Below, in pieces: positions 25,411 through 33,147 of a stretch of 64,000 nucleotides of DNA. Where the stretch lies: positions 26,831 through 90,830 of the forward strand of contig VXOC01000310.1 of assembly GCA_009840215.1 (NCBI GenBank), given 5' to 3'. Source of the DNA: Gemmatimonadota bacterium (GTDB lineage: Bacteria > Gemmatimonadota > Gemmatimonadetes > Longimicrobiales > Gaopeijiaceae). Position 1 is the first letter of the stretch. Every line of letters starts with the position of its first letter. Under the pieces are notes generated by a model. It was not told the DNA's origin and made no database searches. It worked only from the letters and a program-made list of their open reading frames with translations. The translations under genes were made by a program, and so were the position numbers.

Positions 25411-26151
25411 ATGCCCTCCGGACCCGTGTTCCTCGTCTCCGACGTTCATCTCGGCGCCGTCCCCCGCGAAACCGAGGAGGCGTTCCGGCGCTGGCTCTTG
25501 CACGTCAGGGAATCGGGCAGCCGACTGATCATCAACGGCGATCTCTTCGACTTCTGGTTCGAATACGCCAGCGTGGTCTTCGCCAGGCACGTCCGGGTCC
25601 TCGCCCTTCTGGCGGATCTGGTCGAGTCGGGTATCCCGGTGCTCGTCATGGGAGGCAACCACGACTGGTGGGGGGGCGACTTTCTGCGCAAGGACATCGG
25701 CGTCGACTTCCGCCAGGAGCCCGTGCGCATTCGCGTCAAGGGCAGGTCCGTGCTCGTCGCCCACGGCGATGGACTCGGAGCGGGAGACCTCGGGTACCGC
25801 ATGCTTCGGGTATTCCTGCGCGCCCGGCTCACGCGGTGGGTATTCCGCTGGATCCACCCGGACCTCGGTGCGCGTCTCGCCGACCGGGTCTCGGGCACAC
25901 GGGACCAGCTCGAATCGGGTGCGGCGTCCCCGAACCAGGGACGAACGGCGTTCCTGTCGGGATGGGCGACCGAACGGCTGAAGCAGGACCCCACCCTCGA
26001 CATCGTCGCCCTCGGGCACGGCCACGAGCCCATGGTGACCGAGGTGGCGCCGGGCCGCTTCTACGTCAATTCGGGCGATTGGGTCCTCCACCGGTCCTTT
26101 GTGACGATCGACGACTCCGGCCGGCCGGAGTTGCACGAGTGGACCGGTTAG
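25411..26151 (+). CDS. lpxH: UDP-2,3-diacylglucosamine diphosphatase
   Basis: Internal ATG gives MPSGPVFLVSDVHLG... The calcineurin-type motifs DVHLG, NGDLFDFW, GGNHDWW, VAHGD and GHGH are present. Confidence 0.85.
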   Translation: MPSGPVFLVSDVHLGAVPRETEEAFRRWLLHVRESGSRLIINGDLFDFWFEYASVVFARHVRVLALLADLVESGIPVLVMGGNHDWWGGDFLRKDIGVDFRQEPVRIRVKGRSVLVAHGDGLGAGDLGYRMLRVFLRARLTRWVFRWIHPDLGARLADRVSGTRDQLESGAASPNQGRTAFLSGWATERLKQDPTLDIVALGHGHEPMVTEVAPGRFYVNSGDWVLHRSFVTIDDSGRPELHEWTG

Positions 26152-26171
26152 CGGCACGCGTCCCGTCTCCC

Positions 26172-26786
26172 TCAACCAACCGGAACGCGTATCGTCACCG
26201 AGATGGTCCCGCGCGGGTCTCCCTCGACGGTCAGGGGTTCGGGGAAGTCCTGGAGGTGGGCCGATACGAATGCGTCCACCCCGGACATGAGCAGAAAGAA
26301 GATCGCCACCGCCGCCCAGTCCTCGCGCTGCTCGCTGCGGGCGTCGACCAGTCCGCGCAGACGGGTGATCTCGTCGTGCTGTTCCAGCTGGGCGTCGATC
26401 TCCTCCTGTTCGGTGATCCCCTCGCTCATGAGGCGTGCCGTGACCCTTTCCTCCCACAGGGCAACCTGGTTGCGCGCAACACCCAGCCTGCGCCAGGTCT
26501 TGAACACCATCCACCCCGCGGCCGCCTCGATGCCGAAGTAGAAGGCGCCCCGCGTGAGCGACCCGGATGCCGCATGCCCCCAACCGGGAATGATCGACCC
26601 GCGCAGGAAGGCCCCCGCGGGGCTGGGACGCGTGATCAGGGAATCCGGCAAGTCTACGGAATCCTGAGCGACACCCTCGCCGGTCACCTCCTGGGCCGAC
26701 ACCGGTGTCCCCCACGACAGGGCCAACACGATCAGCGGAAGCGTGATCCGCCGACCCGGCGGTCCCGGCGCGACCACCCTCTTCAC
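26172..26786 (-). CDS. hypothetical exported/membrane protein (DUF5683-like)
   Basis: GTG at 26786 overlaps the upstream stop (GTGA). It has a signal-like segment ITLPLIVLALSWGTPVSAQ and ..RGSIIPGWGHAASGSL.. Confidence 0.55.
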   Translation of the reverse strand: MKRVVAPGPPGRRITLPLIVLALSWGTPVSAQEVTGEGVAQDSVDLPDSLITRPSPAGAFLRGSIIPGWGHAASGSLTRGAFYFGIEAAAGWMVFKTWRRLGVARNQVALWEERVTARLMSEGITEQEEIDAQLEQHDEITRLRGLVDARSEQREDWAAVAIFFLLMSGVDAFVSAHLQDFPEPLTVEGDPRGTISVTIRVPVG

Positions 26787-27718
26787 GCCGCCCTCGCCGG
26801 CACCAGCACCGGAAATGCGCCCGGGACCACCTCCACCCGCAGCTCCCGGGCAGGTTCCGGAGACAGCTCCCCATCGATCTCGAACCACATCGATTCCCCA
26901 CCCGGACGGCGCAGCACGGCGCGGCTCAGCCGGCGCATGGTCACAAGGGGCGAACCCCCGTGCGTCCCCCGAATGACGCGTGGCACCAGCCGCAGAATCG
27001 GCACCACGCCGGGCGCCCCGACGTGAAACAGGTCCAGCTTCCCGTCCGATGCCTGCGCCTCCGGATTGATCATGAAGCCCCCGCCGATCGATGGTCCCAC
27101 CGTGATCACCGTTAGAGTCGTCGCGCCGGTGATCCGTTGCCCCTCGCCGCCGTCCGTGTCGATATGCACCTCCGGGGCCCGGAAGGTCACCAGCGCGTTC
27201 AGGAACGACGCCAGGTACTGAAGGAGCCCGGGGAGCCGTGCGAAGCGGCCGCGGCAGCGGAGCACCTCGACGTCGATCCCCACACCCATGAGATTCACAA
27301 AGGTCCGATTCCCTCCGTCCCACTCGACGCGCCCGACATCGAAGCGCCGGACCGTACCGTTGTCGAGCAGCCCCATCACGGCCGCGACCCCGCGGTCCGG
27401 GCCCACCATGCGATAGAAGTCGTTGCCGGTCCCCACCGGGAAGACGGCAACTGCCGGCGGCTCTTTCGCCCCACACCCGATCAATCCGTCCGCGACCTCG
27501 TGGACAGTGCCGTCGCCGCCGACGACCACGATCCGATCGACGCCATCCGCTACGGCTTCCGCGGCCAGGCGCGAGGCGTGTCCGGGGGCCTCGGTGTGGT
27601 GCGCATCGTACACCAGAGAGCGCCCGTCGAGAGCCCCGAACAGCTCCCGGGCGGCCTTGCGTCCACGACCGCCCGCAGCGGCGGGATTGACGATGACGCG
27701 GAGCGGTTCCCTAGGCAT
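26783..27718 (-). CDS. diacylglycerol/lipid kinase family protein (YegS/DagK-like)
   Basis: ..LRVIVNPAAAGGRG.. and ..DRIVVVGGDGTVHEVADGL.. are the DAGK catalytic-domain motifs. Confidence 0.85.
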   Translation of the reverse strand: MPREPLRVIVNPAAAGGRGRKAARELFGALDGRSLVYDAHHTEAPGHASRLAAEAVADGVDRIVVVGGDGTVHEVADGLIGCGAKEPPAVAVFPVGTGNDFYRMVGPDRGVAAVMGLLDNGTVRRFDVGRVEWDGGNRTFVNLMGVGIDVEVLRCRGRFARLPGLLQYLASFLNALVTFRAPEVHIDTDGGEGQRITGATTLTVITVGPSIGGGFMINPEAQASDGKLDLFHVGAPGVVPILRLVPRVIRGTHGGSPLVTMRRLSRAVLRRPGGESMWFEIDGELSPEPARELRVEVVPGAFPVLVPARAA

Positions 27719-27744
27719 GGTGGAAGATAAGGAAAAGCCACGGA

Positions 27745-27841
27745 TGGCGGGGGCGTGTGGGAATCGAACCCACCCACCCGGGTTTTAGCCGGGCGCACTG
27801 GTTTTGAAGACCAGACGGAACACCAGTCCCGATCCGCCCCC
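27745..27841 (-). tRNA. selC: tRNA-Sec (anticodon UCA)
   Basis: Minus-strand read: GGGGGCGGATCGGGACTGGTGTTCCGTCTGGTCTTCAAAACCAGTGCGCCCGGCTAAAACCCGGGTGGGTGGGTTCGATTCCCACACGCCCCCGCCA. It has a 6-bp D-stem with a 4-nt loop, anticodon loop CTTCAAA, a long variable arm, discriminator G and an encoded CCA. Confidence 0.9.
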
Positions 27842-27893
27842 GCGCTCATCCGTTCACCCCGTGCATCAGGCCACGAGTCGAAGTCGCGGGCGC

Positions 27894-29312
27894 CTACCCC
27901 GCCCCGCCCGCTCCCGGAGCCGACACGTTGCCATCATCGCGCGTGGACGGCAACTCCTCTTCCCAACGCTTCTCCAGCTGCCGAAAGGTCTCCGCGATCT
28001 CCCGGCGCATCCGCGCGAAGCGCACCCGCACATCGGGACGTCCCTGAAGCCTGAGGAACAGGGCCGTGTCCTCCCGCACCTCCCGGGCGAGTTCCACCCA
28101 TTGCAACGCCGCGTACCCGCAGAGAGGAGCCAGGACCGCGGTCACGACGGCGAAGAGGGTTCCCGCCATCACGTAACCCAACCCTGTCCAGAACGCCCAC
28201 GCCAGGACCACCCCGCCGATGAGCGCCAGGAGCTTGTGGGTGGCCGTCACCTCGATGGCTGGACGGGTAAGTCGCACGACCAGACCGGCCAGCCGCAACA
28301 CGGGAGCCCACAACAGGGTGCCGGCCGCGGCGAAGGGCAGTCCCAGGAACAACAGGGTCCCTCGCACGAGGATGTACTGCAACACCGGGACGAGACCGAA
28401 GCGGGGCGGCACGTCCCCCTGCCCCGCCCCCACCCGCGCGTTCATGGCCGCGTAGCGCTCCACCTTGCGCCTGAGATCGGCGTGCTCTTCCGGGGCCTCG
28501 CGCCGGATCCACTCGAGGCCGGCCGAGAACCGCTGAAGACGGTAGAAGCGTGCCCCCAGCGCCTCCCTGGCCCTCCACGGCACCCACCGCGACTGCCGCA
28601 CGTACAGCTGCTCCGCAACCTCCACCAGCTCGCGGTCCTCGTGGTGGACGAAGTTGAGCGTCTGCGAGCGTATCCCGGCCTCGATGCGCTCGGTGAGCTC
28701 CCGCGCGGCCGCCACCGGGTCCTCCCGGAAGACATCTTCGAGGTCGGCGCACCCGAAGGCCCGGCCGAAGCGCACGGCCACCCCCGTGCGAGCCCGCTCC
28801 TTGCGCGAATAGGTGATCCCCACCGGCACGATCGAGAGCCCCAGCCCCCACCCCGCCCCATCCTCCGCCTGCAGCGCGATGCGGGCGGCACCCGTGCGAA
28901 ACTCGGCCAGGTGTGCCCCGGAGTGACTCTTCCCCTCGGGGTAGATCTGGATCGCTCCGCCCCCGTGCAGCACGGCCACCGCGTCGCGGAACATGTCCTC
29001 GTTGCGGTGCATCGCTGTGGCGTCGTCCTGCCGGCGATAGACGGGAATGCCTCCAAGCAGGCGCAGCACCGGACCCAGCAGCAGCCGCTCGAAGAGGGGA
29101 GCCCGCCCCAGGGGACGCGGCATGCGTTCGCTGCACCGGAAGATCAGGACCGGGTCGAGAAGGCTGTTGGGGTGGTTGGCGGCGACCAGCAGCGGCCCCG
29201 GCGGCAAGGAAGGGCCGTGACGATCCACCCGGTAGAACATCCCCGCTGCCGTGCTCACCAGGCGGACGATCAGCTTCGCGACCCGGCTCGGAGCGCTAGC
29301 AGACCGCGACAC
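27894..29312 (-). CDS. lysophospholipid/glycerol-phosphate acyltransferase (PlsC-family domain) with C-terminal membrane domain
   Basis: ..LLVAANHPNSLLDPV.. (HX4D-type block with Asn) and ..IQIYPEGKSHSG.. The start is uncertain. I use the GTG at 29312 because the ORF-track start at 29390 lies inside the AT-rich promoter module. Confidence 0.75.
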   Translation of the reverse strand: MSRSASAPSRVAKLIVRLVSTAAGMFYRVDRHGPSLPPGPLLVAANHPNSLLDPVLIFRCSERMPRPLGRAPLFERLLLGPVLRLLGGIPVYRRQDDATAMHRNEDMFRDAVAVLHGGGAIQIYPEGKSHSGAHLAEFRTGAARIALQAEDGAGWGLGLSIVPVGITYSRKERARTGVAVRFGRAFGCADLEDVFREDPVAAARELTERIEAGIRSQTLNFVHHEDRELVEVAEQLYVRQSRWVPWRAREALGARFYRLQRFSAGLEWIRREAPEEHADLRRKVERYAAMNARVGAGQGDVPPRFGLVPVLQYILVRGTLLFLGLPFAAAGTLLWAPVLRLAGLVVRLTRPAIEVTATHKLLALIGGVVLAWAFWTGLGYVMAGTLFAVVTAVLAPLCGYAALQWVELAREVREDTALFLRLQGRPDVRVRFARMRREIAETFRQLEKRWEEELPSTRDDGNVSAPGAGGAG

Positions 29313-29377
29313 AGAGCCCTTCTGCGTTCGGGCGGACCGGCATCCGGGTTTCCGGATCGCCTCGCTGGACGGACCAC

Positions 29378-29422
29378 ACTGTAAACTCAACTTTACAAAA
29401 TGTCATGTCTAGTATACTATTC
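29378..29422 (+). promoter_or_regulatory. 45-nt AT-rich promoter/operator-like module (copy 2), facing deoC
   Basis: acTGTAAACtcaaCTTTACAaaATGTCATGTCTAGTATACTattc. The -35-like TTTACA is at 29392-29397 and the -10-like TATACT at 29413-29418. Confidence 0.45.
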
Positions 29423-29708
29423 CCCTCTGTACGCGGTGCCGGGCTGGCAAGGCGGGATTCTGTCCGCGGCTTCGCTCCGCGCTGCGCTTCCCCTCCTTCG
29501 ATTTTCGTGTCCGGAACGATTATCTTCCCCGTCCCCCATCCCGACAGCCCGCGCAATGGTCCCCGCGAACGCCTGGGGATTCCCGACCGGGGGCAGCCAA
29601 CCCCTTCAACCTGCACAGTATAGCGTGATCCGCCATTCAGCGACCGCCGCCGCTCGCCCGGCCGCAGCTCCGGACGCCCCGCCCGGATCCGGCCTGCGCA
29701 ATCCGGGC

Positions 29709-30638
29709 ATGCCCCTGGACCTCGACACGGTGCGCGGCGCCCGGGTCAATCGCTCCGCCGCCGACCACCGCGCCGCCACGCTGATCACCCGCCGCTCGGT
29801 CAAGAAGGAGTGGCAGGCCGGCTGGCTGCTTCGCGCGGTCACCATGATCGACCTGACCACGCTGGCCGGAGACGACACGGAGGGACGGGTTCGGCGCCTC
29901 TGCGGCAAGGCCCGGCGCCCCGTGCGCAGTGATCTTCTCGGCGCCCTCGCGGTCCCCGCCTCCGAGGTGAAGGCCGCGGCCGTGTGCGTCTATCACACGC
30001 TGGTGCCCGCAGCGTGCGATGCGCTCGGCGGAAGCGGGATCCCGGTGGCCGCGGTGTCAACCGGTTTCCCGGCGGGCCTGTCGCCCTTCGCGACAAGGCT
30101 GACCGAAATCCGCGAATCCGTGGCGGCCGGTGCCGAGGAAGTGGACGTGGTGATCACGCGGGGGTCGGTGCTGCGGGGCGGCTGGGAGCGACTGTACGAC
30201 GAGGTTGCCGGCTTCCGCGACGCCTGCGGTGACGCCCACATGAAGGTCATCCTGGGGGTGGGCGAACTGGGAACCCTCGCCAACGTCAAGCGGGCCGCCA
30301 CCGTGGCCATGATGGCCGGGGCCGACTTCGTGAAGACCTCCACGGGCAAGGAGACGGTCAATGCCACCCTGCCCGTGGGCATCATCCTGGCCCGCGCCAT
30401 CCGCGACTACCACCGCGCCACCGGAATCCGGGTGGGTCTCAAGGCCGCCGGGGGGCTCAAGACGGCCCGCGACGCGCTCTCCTGGCTCATCCTCGTCAAG
30501 GAAGAGCTGGGCGACGCCTGGATGGACGCGCGCCTCTTCCGGATCGGCGCGAGTTCGCTGCTGGCCGATATCGAGCGGCAACTGGAGCACCACGTCACCG
30601 GCCGCTACTCGGCCTTCCACCGTCACCCCCTCGGCTGA
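29709..30638 (+). CDS. deoC: deoxyribose-phosphate aldolase (long form)
   Basis: Internal ATG gives MPLDLDT... ..TMIDLTTLAGDDT.. and ..ADFVKTSTGK.. (Schiff-base lysine region) are typical DeoC blocks. Confidence 0.85.
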   Translation: MPLDLDTVRGARVNRSAADHRAATLITRRSVKKEWQAGWLLRAVTMIDLTTLAGDDTEGRVRRLCGKARRPVRSDLLGALAVPASEVKAAAVCVYHTLVPAACDALGGSGIPVAAVSTGFPAGLSPFATRLTEIRESVAAGAEEVDVVITRGSVLRGGWERLYDEVAGFRDACGDAHMKVILGVGELGTLANVKRAATVAMMAGADFVKTSTGKETVNATLPVGIILARAIRDYHRATGIRVGLKAAGGLKTARDALSWLILVKEELGDAWMDARLFRIGASSLLADIERQLEHHVTGRYSAFHRHPLG

Positions 30639-30642
30639 AACC

Positions 30643-33129
30643 ATGACGCCCACCCGCGCAGCCCCCGGATCCCTCGTCCGCGATGCCTTCACCGATCCGG
30701 ACTACGGTCCCGCCCCCGAGAGCGACGATTTCGCCAACGAGTGGCTGCAAGGCGGACAGCGCGACTTCGGGCACTTCATCGGCGGACGCTGGACCGGCGG
30801 TGACGGCGGGGTCCACGAAACCCGCTGCCCCGCCGACGACAGGCTCCTCGCCACCTTCCGCTACGGCACCGGAGAGGATGTGAACCGCGCGGTCGCCGCG
30901 GCCCAGGCGGCCCTCCCCGCCTGGCAGGAGCTCGGTGGCCACGGCCGTGCCCGCCACCTGTACCGCCTGGCCCGCCAGCTCCAGAAGCGGTCCCGGCTCT
31001 TCTCGGTCGTGGAGTCGCTCGACAACGGCAAGCCCGTCCGCGAATCGCGCGACCTCGACATCCCGCTGGCCGCGAGGCACTTCTACCATCACGCCGGCTG
31101 GGCGCAGCTGCTGTCCGCCGAGTTCCCGGGTTACGAACCCGTCGGCGTGGTCGGGCAGATCATCCCCTGGAACTTCCCGCTCCTCATGCTGGCGTGGAAG
31201 GTGGCGCCGGCCCTGGCGGCCGGGAACACGGTCGTCCTCAAGCCGGCCGAGTACACGCCGCTCACTGCGCTCCTCTTCGCCGAGGTCGCGGACGAGACCG
31301 GCCTTTCCCCCGGCGTGTTCAACGTCGTGACGGGGGACGGCGCAACCGGAGCGGCCCTGGTGCGCCATCCGGAGATCGCGAAGGTGGCGTTTACCGGCTC
31401 CACCGAGGTGGGGCGGGAGATTCGCAGGGCCACCGCCGGCACCGGCAAACACCTGTCGCTCGAGCTGGGGGGCAAGTCGCCCTTCGTTGTCTTCGAGAGC
31501 GCCGACCTCGACGCGGCCGTCGAAGGAGTGGTGGACGGGGTGTGGTTCAACCAGGGACAGGTCTGCTGCGCGGGGTCGCGTCTACTTGTGCAGGAGAGCG
31601 TGGAGGAGGAGATGCACGACCGCCTCCGCGGGCGGATGGAGCGCATCCGTGTCGGGCATCCCCTCGACAAGGCGATCGACATGGGCGCGCTGGTGGACCG
31701 CGTCCAGATGGAGCGCGTGCAGGGCTACCTCGAGGCGGGGACGGCTGACGGAGCGACTGTCTGGCAGTCGTCGGGGCCGGTCCCCGAACGAGGCTTCTTC
31801 ATGCCTCCCACGCTGTGTACCGGGGCGCCCGTGTCGAGTTCCATCGTCACCGAGGAGATCTTCGGACCGGTGCTGGTGAGCCTGACCTTCCGCACCCCCG
31901 CCGAGGCCGTGGCGCTCGCCAACGACACGCGCTACGGGCTGGCCGCCAGCATCTGGACCGAGGACCTGAGCCTGGCCCTCGAGGTGGCGCCGGCGATCAA
32001 GGCCGGAACGGTCTGGGTGAACTGCACCAACCGCTTCGACGCCGCGTCGGGATTCGGGGGATACCGGGAATCGGGGTTCGGCCGCGAAGGGGGACGGGAG
32101 GGGATGTGGGAGTACCTGAAGCCGGGTGGTTCGGGGAGCAAGCCGGACGCCGCGACGCGGACTGCAGGTGCAGGCGACGTGGAAACCGGGGCGGACGACC
32201 TCTCCGGCTCCGAGCGCACTGCGACGGCCGAATCAGGGCCAGTCGGCTCGGGGGACACCACCCCCGGCCCCTCCCGGGACCGCATCGACCGCACGCGCAA
32301 ACTCTGGATCGGAGGCGCGCAGAAGCGGCCCGACGGCGGCTATTCGCTGACCGTGACCGATCCCGCGGGAACGCCCGTCGCCGAGGTACCGCGCGGCAAC
32401 CGCAAGGACGTGCGCAACGCGGTCGAAGCGTCGGCCGGGGCGCGGGGACTTTGGGGCGGCAGCAACGGACACCTGCGCGCGCAGATCCTGTACTTCCTGG
32501 CCGAGAACCTGGCCGTGCGGGGCGACGAGTTCGCCCACGAGCTGATCCGTTGCGCGGGGGCGGACGAGGCGGCCGCCCGGGCCGAAGTGGAAGCCGCCGT
32601 CCGGACCCTCTTCACCTTCGCCGCGTGGGCCGACAAGCACGACGGCCGCGTGCACTCCACACCCTTCCGCAACGTCACCTTCGCCATGAACGAGCCCGTC
32701 GGCACGGTGGCCATCCGCTGCGCGGACCGGGCGCCGCTCGCCGGCGTGACGGGGCCTCTCGGCGCGGCGCTGTCACAGGGCAACGTCGCGGTCGTGGTGC
32801 TCCCCGAACGCTTCCCCGTCCCCGCCCTCGACCTCGTGCAGGTTTTGGAGACCTCCGACATCCCCCCGGGCACCGTCAACATCCTCTCCGGCGTCCACCG
32901 CGAGGTGATCCCGACCCTGGCCGCCCACGACGACGTCGACCAGGTCTGGGACTTCGTCGCCGACGACTTCTCCGGCGACACGGAACGCCGTTCGGCCGGA
33001 AACCTCAAGCGGGTGTGGGTGGACCGTGAACGCGCCGTCGACTGGCTGGCGCCGACGGGGCGCGACGGTGAACTGCTCCTGCGCAAGGGGACCCGCGTGA
33101 AGAACATCTGGGTGCCGTACGGGGTTTAG
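30643..33129 (+). CDS. fused aldehyde dehydrogenase: complete ALDH domain plus truncated, apparently non-catalytic second ALDH-like domain
   Basis: ATG at 30643, 4 nt after the deoC stop. Domain 1 has LELGGKSP and FNQGQVCCAGSR. A Gly/Ser/Thr-rich linker follows. Domain 2 starts KLWIGGAQKRPDGG.. and ends at ..GNLKRVWVDRE, without the Glu/Cys catalytic motifs. Confidence 0.85.
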   Translation: MTPTRAAPGSLVRDAFTDPDYGPAPESDDFANEWLQGGQRDFGHFIGGRWTGGDGGVHETRCPADDRLLATFRYGTGEDVNRAVAAAQAALPAWQELGGHGRARHLYRLARQLQKRSRLFSVVESLDNGKPVRESRDLDIPLAARHFYHHAGWAQLLSAEFPGYEPVGVVGQIIPWNFPLLMLAWKVAPALAAGNTVVLKPAEYTPLTALLFAEVADETGLSPGVFNVVTGDGATGAALVRHPEIAKVAFTGSTEVGREIRRATAGTGKHLSLELGGKSPFVVFESADLDAAVEGVVDGVWFNQGQVCCAGSRLLVQESVEEEMHDRLRGRMERIRVGHPLDKAIDMGALVDRVQMERVQGYLEAGTADGATVWQSSGPVPERGFFMPPTLCTGAPVSSSIVTEEIFGPVLVSLTFRTPAEAVALANDTRYGLAASIWTEDLSLALEVAPAIKAGTVWVNCTNRFDAASGFGGYRESGFGREGGREGMWEYLKPGGSGSKPDAATRTAGAGDVETGADDLSGSERTATAESGPVGSGDTTPGPSRDRIDRTRKLWIGGAQKRPDGGYSLTVTDPAGTPVAEVPRGNRKDVRNAVEASAGARGLWGGSNGHLRAQILYFLAENLAVRGDEFAHELIRCAGADEAAARAEVEAAVRTLFTFAAWADKHDGRVHSTPFRNVTFAMNEPVGTVAIRCADRAPLAGVTGPLGAALSQGNVAVVVLPERFPVPALDLVQVLETSDIPPGTVNILSGVHREVIPTLAAHDDVDQVWDFVADDFSGDTERRSAGNLKRVWVDRERAVDWLAPTGRDGELLLRKGTRVKNIWVPYGV

Positions 33130-33147
33130 CACCCCGCACCAGGGAAG

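Noticed and set aside
25282-26901. The N-terminal roughly 540 codons of the 773-aa ORF 24580..26901 (-).
   Set aside because: Only the last 233 codons (a lipoprotein with lipobox from the GTG at 25281) look real. The upstream part is antisense to the well-supported lpxH and overlaps the DUF5683-like gene.
29540-29600. Possible SRP (4.5S) RNA, because of a GGGGCAGCCAA stretch resembling the conserved GCAGCCA of domain IV.
   Set aside because: The partner GGAA/AGGUC-type symmetric-loop sequence and the flanking helix are absent. The similarity is limited to about 8 nt.
29400-29708. In-frame N-terminal extension of deoC in the ORF track (start 29400). Likewise the extension of the ALDH gene back to 30361.
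   Set aside because: The extensions have non-protein-like composition. The 29400 start lies inside the AT-rich promoter module. The conserved protein sequences begin at ATG 29709 and ATG 30643.
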